Position numbers and translations under genes: made by a program | Shown: piece after piece, positions 49,427 through 59,499 of the stretch | Numbering within the stretch: the stretch's first letter is position 1 | Layout of the letters: each line of letters begins with the position of its first letter | Origin: a bacterium | GTDB taxonomy: Bacteria; Hinthialibacterota; Hinthialibacteria; Hinthialibacterales; Hinthialibacteraceae | NCBI GenBank assembly: GCA_963663405.2 | Contig: CAXXSM010000150.1 | Coordinates: 1 to 64,000, forward strand | Direction of reading: 5' to 3' | Length of the DNA: 64,000 nucleotides | Notes under the pieces: model-generated | The model's database searches: none | What the model saw: only the letters and a program-made list of their open reading frames with translations | Told to the model about the DNA's origin: nothing

Positions 49427-50539
49427 TTAAGGATGCTCGTGTCGGTTCCATAGCACATTTTGCTGAATAACTGATGTGTCAATTCGATCTTTGGCTTGCA
49501 GAATTTGGTGAAAGCAATCCCGCGTCAATGCGTCTTTAACAGTGATTCTATCCTTTGAAAGATTTCCGGAAGAATCTGTTGTCTGTGGAAACGTTCCATC
49601 CGCGGTTTCTTTCCTCGGATTCGAAACGGATTTAATTTCTACGGAATAACCTGCGTTTTTGGCTTGCTGTTGAACAATTTCCGCTAATTGATTGATGGTG
49701 AGTGTTTCTAAATATTGAATTGCAGTGCGAATGGAACCGGGGATTGGAGATTCCTGTATCGACCTCTCAACACAAGAAATAGCGTTATCGATATGCAATA
49801 ACGCGCAGGTTCGGTTCCCTTCCCCATAAACAGTCAAGGGATAGCCGATTGCTGCTTGCACAGTAAAGCGGTTTACAACCGATCCAAACACTTCATCGTA
49901 ATGAAAGGCGATATGTAAGTATGGATGCAGTTTTGATTCATCCGTTTCGAAACCGTAGACAATACCTTGCTGTAAGACAGTCGCCTTCATTCCCCAATTT
50001 TGACAGGCGAATTGTATATTCTGCACACACTGAACATCCGCCACATGATAGAAAGACGCAAAACTGGATGAAGACGTATTATCTTCACCTTCGCATTTGT
50101 GTAATCCCTGTATCGAGATTAGATGAATGTCCCGCTCCGCCCGTTGGACAGCGAAGAGAACGTTCAAGATTCCCGTGACGTTGTTTTGATGGGTCAACAC
50201 CGCGTTCGCGCGGTTTTTCATGGAGAAGGGAGCCGAGGGCTGACCAGCGCAGTGTATGACCACATCCGGCTGCGCTCTGTCAAAGACGTGATAGATAGCC
50301 CCTACATTTGTCATATCACTAATGTAGTACTGGATCTCTTTTCCTGTCATCTCACGGAATTTCGCGACACGCCGGTGAATGGGAAATACTTCAAACAGCG
50401 GTTCGGCCCCCATTTCCATTTCCCATTTCCGCTTGATCAGGTTATCCATAATAGTGACATCATAACCCAGCGACGCCAGGCGCATAGAAAGAGGCCATCC
50501 AATGTATCCATCCCCACCGATTACAAGTACTTTCGTCAT
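49427..50539 (-). CDS. Degenerate SqdB/SQD1 paralogue (SDR fold)
   Basis: Colinear with SqdB (GGDGYIGWP, QPSAPFSM, YDEVFGSVVNRF.VQA) but lacks KLGTMGEYG and has YHVAD in place of YxxxK. Confidence 0.75.
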   Translation of the reverse strand: MTKVLVIGGDGYIGWPLSMRLASLGYDVTIMDNLIKRKWEMEMGAEPLFEVFPIHRRVAKFREMTGKEIQYYISDMTNVGAIYHVFDRAQPDVVIHCAGQPSAPFSMKNRANAVLTHQNNVTGILNVLFAVQRAERDIHLISIQGLHKCEGEDNTSSSSFASFYHVADVQCVQNIQFACQNWGMKATVLQQGIVYGFETDESKLHPYLHIAFHYDEVFGSVVNRFTVQAAIGYPLTVYGEGNRTCALLHIDNAISCVERSIQESPIPGSIRTAIQYLETLTINQLAEIVQQQAKNAGYSVEIKSVSNPRKETADGTFPQTTDSSGNLSKDRITVKDALTRDCFHQILQAKDRIDTSVIQQNVLWNRHEHP

Positions 50540-50542
50540 GAA

Positions 50543-52084
50543 TCAATTCCTATTCGTTTTTTCTTCCAACACCCGGCGGATAGTATAGGTTGCGATATCA
50601 TCAAACTGCTCTTCTACCGTTCGATCGTGTTCAACGATGGTTCGCCCGCCTTTGGCTAACAACTGAGTGAACAAATTAGCGCGCACACTGCCTTTGATAT
50701 GCGCGGCGATATACGCGATAATACTGGATTCGTCAAATTGATAGTTCTCAAGCAAACAACGGATCGACGCGCTTAAATCATATATACTTCTCACATGATG
50801 TACCATGCTTTCCGGAAACACATAATAGGGGCTGATTCCCAACGTGATTAATGGGATCTTCCGCATCACCGCTTCCAAGCCGATCGTGCCATTGATGACA
50901 AGAACCATTTTGGCGTGTTCTAAAATATTCTGCGAACTGACTGACGATTCAATCAATAAAACATTGGGTATCGCGAGAATTTTCTTATAATAATCAACAG
51001 TGCGAAATCCCCATGCGTTGGGATGATCTTTCACGACAAGTTTCCACGTCACCGGCAGGTTCATGGCGATGTTGCGTATCGTTTCAATTTGATTCTGATA
51101 TGGCCGGCCAAACACCGACAACGCCACTTCGGGTTCGGTATGCATGGGATAAAACGCGTAGGTATGATTGGCTAATTCCTTTGGAGAAGTATATAAGGAA
51201 CGCAATCCCCGCTGAATCCGCCGCGCCCGTAAAGGCTTAATCAATCGATTGTGTATCTCCGAAGTTAACACACCTGGAAAATGATTGTCGTTGTATGCGG
51301 GTGAACGCCAATACTGAATACAATTTGTCAGAAAACCAAGCGCATTTTTAGCAGGGAGAACTTTTTCCTTTGTCTCTTTTTTTAACTTGATCGCGCCTTC
51401 GTAGGTCAGCAGTTTATTTCTCGTTCGTTGATAGAATTCAGCCGCTTCCTGGTAAGCGGCGTCATCGTTCACGCTCCCATTCCGGTAATCCTTGAAGGCG
51501 TTGTAAATATGAGGAGACAGTTCAAACGGATCAGTAAAGAGAGATATGTAGTTCTCAATCCGCGTCAGTTTCAATTGTAAATAGGGAACGCCGCGCCGCT
51601 TCGCGAAAAGGTAATAGAGATAATCGCAAAACGTTACCGCGTTCAGCGCCAAAACCGCGTCCGGTTGAATTTCATCAAACTGCTTTTCAATCGAGTGAAG
51701 CGCTTCCTGAAGAATTTGCAGCATCCGATCGTGGCGGAACCGGGGAACGTAATCCTGCTGAAACTTACATTTATTCCCATGATAGATTCTTCGGTCAGCA
51801 ATCAAGGCGTTCCATAGCGTCGCGTCGCCGATCTGCTTTTCATACCTAGACAGCAGATCGAGATCGAGATCGGTCTGCGGAGCCTTCTGCGTAATTTCCC
51901 ATTCTTTGACAAGAGAGAAATGGCCCGATTCAAATTCAGGGAATTCTTCTGCGATTTTTAAATATTGATAGTGATCGGCAACGGAAAAACCCGCGTGGTC
52001 CAATGCGCCTTGCCGCCGGATCGCCTCCATCATACGCCAAAAAATACGCAGCCCTGTGGATTGTGTGACAAAGATTAAATTCAC
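50543..52084 (-). CDS. Capsule_synth (KpsS/KpsC-like) GT-B protein, candidate ulosonic acid transferase
   Basis: FYPMH.EPE, VVKDHP, VINGTIGLEA motifs. Confidence 0.7.
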   Translation of the reverse strand: MNLIFVTQSTGLRIFWRMMEAIRRQGALDHAGFSVADHYQYLKIAEEFPEFESGHFSLVKEWEITQKAPQTDLDLDLLSRYEKQIGDATLWNALIADRRIYHGNKCKFQQDYVPRFRHDRMLQILQEALHSIEKQFDEIQPDAVLALNAVTFCDYLYYLFAKRRGVPYLQLKLTRIENYISLFTDPFELSPHIYNAFKDYRNGSVNDDAAYQEAAEFYQRTRNKLLTYEGAIKLKKETKEKVLPAKNALGFLTNCIQYWRSPAYNDNHFPGVLTSEIHNRLIKPLRARRIQRGLRSLYTSPKELANHTYAFYPMHTEPEVALSVFGRPYQNQIETIRNIAMNLPVTWKLVVKDHPNAWGFRTVDYYKKILAIPNVLLIESSVSSQNILEHAKMVLVINGTIGLEAVMRKIPLITLGISPYYVFPESMVHHVRSIYDLSASIRCLLENYQFDESSIIAYIAAHIKGSVRANLFTQLLAKGGRTIVEHDRTVEEQFDDIATYTIRRVLEEKTNRN

Positions 52085-52125
52085 GGATTTATTTTCAAAT
52101 TAGAGAACAAAAAAGGCAGAATGAA

Positions 52126-53172
52126 TTATGAATCGCTGATATCTTCAAGTTTAAGTAAAACATCGGCGGGCAGATCGCGCGCGGCTTTTTTCCCAACGAC
52201 CGTATTGAGTTTGTAACTCGGAATACCGGAACCAGGACGTTTCACCCATACATTCACACGCTCTTGAAACACTTCATTGGCTTTAACCGGCGCAATAGTG
52301 ACAACGCTTTCCGAAAAACCATGCCGCACTTTTTGCGCTTCATCGTTGAGAGATTTCTCACTCCCCAAGGCGGATGAAATCGCGCGGACGCCTTCCACCA
52401 GTTCCTTCAGTTCGTCCGGTTCAATGGAGGATTGTTGATCGATGCCAGGCAGCGCGCGGGAGAGTGTAAAATGTTTTTCTACTAGACATGCGCCTTTGGC
52501 CGCCGCGCCGAAACAGGCGTAATTACCTTGACAGTGATCCGATAGCCCCACCAGGACACTGCACTCGTCCCGCAGGCGGTCCATCACTCCCAAATTGACA
52601 TTCTCATAGGCTGTTGGATAGTTGGATGTGCATTGCATCACAATCAGATCCGGCGTTTTCCCGCGAATGACATTGACGGCGTTTTTCACTTCATCCCAAT
52701 CGGCGGTGCCAGTTGAGAGAATGACGGGCTTCCCTTTTTCGGCGATGTACGTCAGAAAAGGAATATTCGTCACTTCGCCCGATCCAATTTTGTACGCGGG
52801 GACCCCCACCTTTTCAAGCAGATCCACCGCTTCCACAGAAAACGGCGTGGACAAAAAAAGAATGCCCTGTTTTTCCGCCTCCTCTTTGAGCGCCATGTGA
52901 TCGTCAAAAGATAGTCCACAATCCGTCATGATATCAAATAACGATCGTGTAACGTGTGAACCGGCGTCGCTGCCGATCGACCGGTCAGGCAGCATTTCGG
53001 CTTCAGCGATATGGGTTTGAAATTTAATAATATCCGCGCCCGCCGCTTTCGCTGACCGCACCATCTCCAAGGCGATTTCACGGTCGCCGTTATGGTTGAT
53101 CCCCGCCTCGGCGATCACCAGCGTCCGGTTACCCGGTCCCACGTTATAAGGTCCAATGGTTATCGCATCCAC
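52126..53172 (-). CDS. neuB: Nonulosonic acid synthase (NeuB/SpsE family), copy 1
   Basis: IAEAGINHNG, KFQTH, LSTPF, KIGSGE, CTSNYP, GLSDH, EKHFTL, KRPG.GI. Confidence 0.93.
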   Translation of the reverse strand: MDAITIGPYNVGPGNRTLVIAEAGINHNGDREIALEMVRSAKAAGADIIKFQTHIAEAEMLPDRSIGSDAGSHVTRSLFDIMTDCGLSFDDHMALKEEAEKQGILFLSTPFSVEAVDLLEKVGVPAYKIGSGEVTNIPFLTYIAEKGKPVILSTGTADWDEVKNAVNVIRGKTPDLIVMQCTSNYPTAYENVNLGVMDRLRDECSVLVGLSDHCQGNYACFGAAAKGACLVEKHFTLSRALPGIDQQSSIEPDELKELVEGVRAISSALGSEKSLNDEAQKVRHGFSESVVTIAPVKANEVFQERVNVWVKRPGSGIPSYKLNTVVGKKAARDLPADVLLKLEDISDS

Positions 53173-53199
53173 AATTTCTCTCCTCCCATGACCCGGTAT

Positions 53200-54210
53200 T
53201 TATAGCCATTCGTCGATGGTATAGTCCACATCGGACGTAGCCCATTTCGGATAAATAATACCATGTTCGATGACGTGTTTCACGCCTTCTTCTGTGCTGA
53301 TCCTTGGCTCAAATCCCAATATCTCACGCGCTTTCGCCGTATCACAAAAGCGCTCAAATATTTCGCGTTCTTTCGTCCGGTCCGTATTGGCAAATTGATT
53401 CTGTATCTTCGGTTCGAGTTTATCTTCTTTACCACACAGCCGGATGATCATCTGGGCAAGTTCCAATAATGTAAGTGGATCACCGCTGTTCCCGATGTTA
53501 AACACTTCACCATCCGCCTTGGGATTAAAGAGCGCATCCAGCAGCCCGCGCGCCGAATCCTGCGAATAGCAGTAAGACCGGACCTGCTTTCCATCACCAT
53601 ACACGACAGGTGGCTTGCCTTCCAGGCAATTGCGAATGAACTTTGGAATGACAAACTGCGCGATCTGGAACGGGCCATACGTATTAAAGAAACGCATAAT
53701 CGTATAATTGAATTCCGGATAGCGCTGCGCGTACGCCTGACAAAGTTCCTCTCCGGTCATTTTCGTCACGGCGTAGACGGTCTTGCCATGTGTACGGGTT
53801 TTTTCCGTTACTGGATTCTCCAACGGTTCACCGTACACTTCAGACGAGGAAGCGAAAATAATTTTCTTTACACGGTGTTGAATGGCGATATCCAAGACAT
53901 TCTGCGTTCCATTGACGTTGATCTCCAGGCAACGGAGTTTGTTGGTTTCCGTGCGCCGTACCCCTAAATACGCGGCGAGATGAACGACGGCGTCGCAGCC
54001 GGCCAATGCGTCCCGCAGTGACGAACAGTCTAGAATCGAACCATAGTAAATATCAATCTTCGGATCGATCGACGACTCGACACGCGCGATCTGTCCACGC
54101 AAATCAAACAACACAACGGAAACGCCCCGCCGGACCAGTTCTTTGCAGACTTGCATTCCAATGCAGCCCGCCCCTCCTGTGACTAACACTTTTTTTAATT
54201 CGTACGGCAT
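53200..54210 (-). CDS. NAD-dependent nucleotide-sugar epimerase/dehydratase
   Basis: VTGGAGCIG, HLAA, ASSSEVYG, YAVTK, RFFNTYGP. Confidence 0.9.
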   Translation of the reverse strand: MPYELKKVLVTGGAGCIGMQVCKELVRRGVSVVLFDLRGQIARVESSIDPKIDIYYGSILDCSSLRDALAGCDAVVHLAAYLGVRRTETNKLRCLEINVNGTQNVLDIAIQHRVKKIIFASSSEVYGEPLENPVTEKTRTHGKTVYAVTKMTGEELCQAYAQRYPEFNYTIMRFFNTYGPFQIAQFVIPKFIRNCLEGKPPVVYGDGKQVRSYCYSQDSARGLLDALFNPKADGEVFNIGNSGDPLTLLELAQMIIRLCGKEDKLEPKIQNQFANTDRTKEREIFERFCDTAKAREILGFEPRISTEEGVKHVIEHGIIYPKWATSDVDYTIDEWL

Positions 54211-54266
54211 ATTCCATCCGTCCTTTACAAAGGAGATTCATTTCTATATTGTTGAGTTTACACAAT

Positions 54267-55521
54267 TCAACAATTTCCAGCGCACATACATTGACGTTTT
54301 AAAGGCTGAAACTTCAGATAGGTCAACGAACGCCAAAGCCACTCGAAGGGACCAAACTGAAAATAACACAGCCAGATCACAGAATACATTAATTGTATAA
54401 TCCAGATTGTGAAGACAAAAAGAAACTGTTGATAACGTTCCAAATAACCATACCACCCCAATCCATGCCCATAAAAGAATAATGTGCCCAGAATGGATTG
54501 CATCAGATAATTGGTCAACGCCAGCTGACCCGCCGCGGAAAATCCCCGCGTCAAACACCCTGCCTTTCCACTCTTAATCCACAGAACCATTATGCTGATC
54601 CACATTAATGCGATCAATGGAGCGGAAAATAAATAAAGAGGCCTGCAGAACATACTATACGCCTGGTAATCCCAGCTTGTTTGACACAAAATGATGATAT
54701 CCAACAAGGTTAATGGTATCCCCACGAACAGACCGATTCCGATTAGGTATCGATACAAGCGCTTGCTTCCTTCTCCGCTCAACACTCCCCATTTGAACAG
54801 CGCCATACCTAACAGCATCATTGCGCCAACCTGAAAGATACGCCCATGAAAGAAAAAACTTCTTACCTCAAGATGATACGCGATGAAAAAACGCAATGAC
54901 ATTTGGTCTTTATAACCACCGCGGAAAGTGTCGAGAAAATGCTGGATAGTACGATTTGACACTTCCCAGTTTCCATGAATCCGGCTTTCCAGCGCCGCGC
55001 CTTCCAACTGATAGATTTGCCAACCATGTTCTAACGTAATCCCTGCATAAATCAGATGAAAGACAATCGCCAGGAGAAGTAGCCATTTGGGTGAGAGTTT
55101 TCTGAACAAACAAAGAACGGCCGCGCACATCGTATACCGCGTTAAGACATCGCCGGACCAAATTAAATAGGCGTGCGCCAATCCCATAAGCCCCATCACA
55201 ATGATCCGCCGGTAATAGACAAAACAACGGATTGCGGCCCCGCGCTTCCACCCGTGACATCATTAGAACAATACCCGCGCCGAACAGCATCGAGAAGATG
55301 CTAATGAATTTCGAATCAAACAAGAGATGGCTAATGAACCAGACGCCGAAATTGATCCCGCTGAAATCTCCATACGTATTCGGATTGTCATACGCGAACG
55401 CGGGCATCGCCATCACTTGGATATTCATCATCAGAATCCCCAACACCGCCATACCACGCACAGCGTCCAATGTTTGGATACGATAAGGTTGGCTTATGGG
55501 GCCAATCTGGGAATTCTGCAT
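54267..55521 (-). CDS. DUF418 (YeiB-like) membrane protein, frameshifted at A4, 55221-55224
   Basis: RI.TLDAVRG.AVLGIL.MN, KF...FSMLFG; removing one base gives YYRR...G.AH..L.W.GD.L..Y; LALTNYLMQS; GPFEWLWRSLTY. Confidence 0.85.
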
Positions 55522-55539
55522 TGGCAAACAACCAAGTGA

Positions 55540-56715
55540 TCAGTATGCGATGATCTTTTGGATGAGGTTATTGTTGATTTCAACCGATTCGAGAACGTCT
55601 ACGATCTTCTGAGCGGCATCTCCATTTCCATATGGATTGACGACATTCTTCACTTTTTCTTTAAACGTCTCGTCATAAAGGGCGGTTTGAATCGCGTTGA
55701 TAATTTCATCGACATCATGGGATACATCGATCACATTCTCCGCCCGCAGACGGCCGTTCTGCCGCGTGCCGATATTCACTGTAGGCAGTTGAAAACTCGG
55801 CGCTTCGCGAATCCCCGCCGACGAATTGCCGACCATAACCGAAGCATGGCGCATCAAACTGAGAAAATCCTGGTTCTCAATATTCGGAAAAATATGAAAG
55901 CGCGAGAGTCCCTTCATCTCATCGATGATCTCCCGCCCCCCCGCGTCGGCGTTCGAGTAGATCGTGACAACCTCCGCTTCGGGGAAATTCATCAACGCTT
56001 GAATGGCGATCCGGGCCTGCGCGACTCCCTGCCCGTATTCCGTCGTTACGGGATGGTACGTAAAGAGAAAGAGCGGACGCTCCAGATCAAAGCCGAATTG
56101 AGCGGCCAGTTCTTCTTTCCCCTTCAATTCAACCGAGTTGATAATATCAAGATAAGGACAACCGGTTTGAAACACCATCTCCGGATTCTCGCCCATTTTG
56201 ATGATACGCTCAGCGGCGTCGGGCGTGGCGGGAAAATGGATGTGCGACAGTTTGGTGACGGCGTGGCGGATGCTTTCATCAATCGTGCCCGTCACCTCAC
56301 CGCCTTGGATGTGCGCAATGGGAAGATTTAACAACGCCGCCGACTGTGCGGCGGCCAAGGTTTCAACGCGGTCTACCGTCAATAGAAAAATATCAGGTTG
56401 AATCTCATGGAGCGCGTCCGCGATCCCATCCGAGCAGCGCGCGGCCGCTTTCGCCATCCCATAAGGACTGTCGTCGTCCGTATACATATTCACCCGCGCG
56501 GCGATATCAAAACCGTCCTGCTCAATCTGTTCAACGGTATATCCAAATTCTTTCAACAAATGAATACCCGTGACAATCAGTTTTAATTCCAGATTCGGGC
56601 GTCTCGCGATTTCATGCAAAACGGATTTCACACGAGGATAATCAGCCCGTGTCCCAGTCATGCACGCGATCCGTCGTTTGTTCTTTTTCATCGATTTTCT
56701 ATCCAGTACATTCAA
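55540..56715 (-). CDS. neuC: Hydrolysing UDP-N-acetylglucosamine 2-epimerase (NeuC family), copy 1
   Basis: TGTRADY, DRVE, HIQGGEVTGTIDESIRHA.TKLSH, YHPVT, GNSSAGIREAP. Confidence 0.92.
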   Translation of the reverse strand: MNVLDRKSMKKNKRRIACMTGTRADYPRVKSVLHEIARRPNLELKLIVTGIHLLKEFGYTVEQIEQDGFDIAARVNMYTDDDSPYGMAKAAARCSDGIADALHEIQPDIFLLTVDRVETLAAAQSAALLNLPIAHIQGGEVTGTIDESIRHAVTKLSHIHFPATPDAAERIIKMGENPEMVFQTGCPYLDIINSVELKGKEELAAQFGFDLERPLFLFTYHPVTTEYGQGVAQARIAIQALMNFPEAEVVTIYSNADAGGREIIDEMKGLSRFHIFPNIENQDFLSLMRHASVMVGNSSAGIREAPSFQLPTVNIGTRQNGRLRAENVIDVSHDVDEIINAIQTALYDETFKEKVKNVVNPYGNGDAAQKIVDVLESVEINNNLIQKIIAY

Positions 56716-56723
56716 TTATGGAA

Positions 56724-57434
56724 TTACTCTTCAAAAAAATAGCGGTACGTCTCTTTTCGCCGGTTCAAATAAAATTCCGCCAAAAGAAAATCATCTGGGT
56801 AGTCGATGTCAATGTCAACCCAGCCGTCATCCAATACAAAAGGTTTGATGTTCGAACCGAGAAAACAATCGTTCTTCAATGTCCGCGCCGTGCGGAACAT
56901 GAAGAGATGCCCAGTGAGCACATGCAGTATTTTTGAATTGGAGAGCCGGTGGGGAAGTTGTTTCTCGTAGGGCGTCCAAAATTCCTCCCCCAATTCGCCA
57001 AAAATCTCTCTGGATTTCCGAACCGACACCATCGAATCCGCTTCGGGCGATCCACGCATTTCCTCAATGGCCTTATTGATCATCTGGGGCGTACGGAACG
57101 GATTGGTCGGTTGCAGCAAGATCAGAATATCCACCGAATAGCCTTGTTGATCCTCAATCCATTCAACCGCATGCTGAATGACACGAAAATTGGGCACGCT
57201 GTCATCACACAATTCCTGCGGCCGCCGGATAATTTCCGCGCCGTAAGAGGCGCCTAAATTCGCGATCTCATCACTTTCCGTACTGACATATACGCCTGTC
57301 AACGAAGACGCCAGTTTGGCGGCTTTCACCGAGTAATAAAAAAGAGGATAACCGCAGAGTGGTTTAACGTTTTTATTTGGCAATCGGTTGGAATGGCCTT
57401 TCGCTGGAATAATGGCGGCAACGTTTTCTTTCAC
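56724..57434 (-). CDS. neuA: CMP-nonulosonate synthetase (acylneuraminate cytidylyltransferase)
   Basis: IIPAKGHS.RLPNKN, VSTES, RP.EL, LLQPTNPFR, DIDIDYPDDF. Confidence 0.9.
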   Translation of the reverse strand: MKENVAAIIPAKGHSNRLPNKNVKPLCGYPLFYYSVKAAKLASSLTGVYVSTESDEIANLGASYGAEIIRRPQELCDDSVPNFRVIQHAVEWIEDQQGYSVDILILLQPTNPFRTPQMINKAIEEMRGSPEADSMVSVRKSREIFGELGEEFWTPYEKQLPHRLSNSKILHVLTGHLFMFRTARTLKNDCFLGSNIKPFVLDDGWVDIDIDYPDDFLLAEFYLNRRKETYRYFFEE

Positions 57435-57449
57435 GAAATTACTCTCTCC

Positions 57450-58106
57450 CTATTTCTCCCGTGTTAGTTCCACGTCCATTGCCGCATCCCCCCAAATAGC
57501 GCGAAGCGAACGGCTGTCCTCCATCAGTGGGAATCCACAAAGGGCGCCCAACGCGTAGGTGTCTCCCGCATAAAGAGTCATAAAACGCGAGAGGAAAGCC
57601 ACAACGAGCGCCGGTGAATGCGCGTAATCATTCGGAGCCTGTTCATCCGATAACGCCGGCGAAGATTCCACTCGCAAAGGAGTGTCACGCTCCCGTTCAA
57701 TCCGCTCTAAGGGCATCAAATCCCCCAGCGTATGAAATCCCTCGATCCACTGCCCATAATAAACCGCGATTCCATGATCCCGAAGCCGAATCTGATGTTC
57801 CAGCCGCGTCAATTCATCAATCACGTAAGGGCTGTACAATCCGATCCACAACCGGCATCCAGCAATATATCGCCCCGCGTCTTCGATGGACACGCCTTGG
57901 CAATCTGCCTTGAGTTCAATCGCCAAACCGGCGAATCCCATCACTTTTCCCGCAAACTTGGGAATACAGATCGACCCGGCGTTGTACGACGCGACATGCG
58001 GAGGACATAAATACGCCAGAGGAAAGCGGCTTTTCTTAATATCCCACGTTCGTATGGAAAAATCCGAATTTCCGACGACAAACCAAAATTCACCATTCAG
58101 GGCCAT
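57450..58106 (-). CDS. Divergent fumarylacetoacetate hydrolase-fold protein
   Basis: VSIEDA..YIAG and VAFLSRFMTL.AGD resemble the FAH C-terminal domain; metal ligands absent. Confidence 0.55.
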   Translation of the reverse strand: MALNGEFWFVVGNSDFSIRTWDIKKSRFPLAYLCPPHVASYNAGSICIPKFAGKVMGFAGLAIELKADCQGVSIEDAGRYIAGCRLWIGLYSPYVIDELTRLEHQIRLRDHGIAVYYGQWIEGFHTLGDLMPLERIERERDTPLRVESSPALSDEQAPNDYAHSPALVVAFLSRFMTLYAGDTYALGALCGFPLMEDSRSLRAIWGDAAMDVELTREK

Positions 58107-59134
58107 ATCTCTTCCTCACTTTCCCGCAGGTCGTTTACTGGATTTCGGAGCACTCCGATCTTCTCGTATTCAATCTCGAAGTAATCCTCATCTGTCAGAC
58201 GCATATCCTGCTCAACCGTATACCCATCGATACTCATCGTTCCCATGTGGATTATCATCCCTGGCTTCAACGTGAACATGCGGGAAAGATATTCAATCGT
58301 ATGCTCAATGTCATTGACCAGGGCTTGGCTGTACGAACGCTCCCTCTGTATGCCAGATAGGCGGTTATAAATCATCAGGTTATATGGATCAGGAACCTCA
58401 TCTCTCGATACCAGATAAGGACCGACCGGCGCAAATGTGTCAATGCTGCGCGAATAGAACGAGGTAGTATGCCGCGCGGCGAACACACTACTGTCGGTTT
58501 CGACCAGCGCTTCATCAATCCCCCGTAGAGCGTACTGCTTCCAAGTGTCCGAACACATATCGTTGACCAGCGTATACCCAGCGACATACTCCATCGCCTC
58601 TTTCGCGGGTACGTACCTCCCGGTTTTTCCAATAATGACGCCCAACTCCGCCGCAGAACGAAAATTGCGTAAATAGGGTGGAATCGTTACGGTCTCTTTA
58701 TGACCGATCAAAGCCGTACGGGAACGGGGGCGCAGGAATCCCTGGGGATAGCCGGGAATCTGATAAGGCTTGTCCCGGAAAAAGAACGGTGAATTGCCGC
58801 CAATCCCAAACATCAACGGTGGATTGGGAATCGGGGGCAGCCAACGTATCGCTTCGCAATCAAACCGCGCGTTCCGTAAAAGAAAAGAATCCCCCTCTTC
58901 CATCACCCAAATAATAAAATCATTCATCCGTCGAAGACCGTCGGAGCCTTCCATTCCTAATTCCAGCAGGTCAATCAAACGAAAACCGGTGATATCGGTT
59001 TGGAAAAATCGGGGCTTGCTAAAGGTTTTCATATTGGGAACCGCCTTCACTACTTCATGAATATCAAAGACGGTGTCTCCAACCACCAAACCGGTCCGCT
59101 CTTTTTCATTGGCAATAAATGACGCGAGCTTCAT
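58097..59134 (-). CDS. Fumarylacetoacetate hydrolase family protein
   Basis: ELGVIIGK.G..V...EAM.YVAGYTLVND, DTFAPVGP.LV..DE..DP, LS..FTL.PG.I..GT, IGVLRNPV. Confidence 0.88.
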   Translation of the reverse strand: MKLASFIANEKERTGLVVGDTVFDIHEVVKAVPNMKTFSKPRFFQTDITGFRLIDLLELGMEGSDGLRRMNDFIIWVMEEGDSFLLRNARFDCEAIRWLPPIPNPPLMFGIGGNSPFFFRDKPYQIPGYPQGFLRPRSRTALIGHKETVTIPPYLRNFRSAAELGVIIGKTGRYVPAKEAMEYVAGYTLVNDMCSDTWKQYALRGIDEALVETDSSVFAARHTTSFYSRSIDTFAPVGPYLVSRDEVPDPYNLMIYNRLSGIQRERSYSQALVNDIEHTIEYLSRMFTLKPGMIIHMGTMSIDGYTVEQDMRLTDEDYFEIEYEKIGVLRNPVNDLRESEEEIWP

Positions 59135-59154
59135 TGTTTCGATTCCTTATATGT

Positions 59155-59208
59155 TTAGGCTGGTAAAATGGAAACGTTGTATTTTTGGATTTCTTGATCG
59201 CATGAGAT
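59155..59208 (-). pseudogene. Possible 3' remnant of a PIN/VapC toxin gene
   Basis: Directly after the antitoxin stop reads ISCDQEIQKYNVSILPA*, like the IS.D....Y.V..L tail of PIN toxins; very short. Confidence 0.4.
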
Positions 59209-59212
59209 ATAT

Positions 59213-59449
59213 TTACTGCATTATTCCAAATGGCTTAGAAATATCGGGGGGCAACGGATCATCAAAATTGTCCATCATCTTAATCTTTCCTTTCATCGCC
59301 CCTGGAACACGAGATTCTTTGGGAGTTCTGGCTATAGGAACGATTTTCGCAATAGGTTTTCCATTTTGTTCCAATATCACTTCGTGCCCCGCTTTTACAC
59401 GCTCGAGCAATTCCAACAAATTTGCTTTTTGAATATCGGTTGTAAGCAT
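59213..59449 (-). CDS. Phd/YefM family antitoxin (orphan)
   Basis: L.ELLERVKAGHEVIL...GKPIAKIVP...R.PG..KGKI...DNFDDPLP. Confidence 0.85.
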   Translation of the reverse strand: MLTTDIQKANLLELLERVKAGHEVILEQNGKPIAKIVPIARTPKESRVPGAMKGKIKMMDNFDDPLPPDISKPFGIMQ

Positions 59450-59499
59450 TGAATTGAGCAATTCCAAATCCATTCTTTTGAAGCGCACCTTATCAAGTA

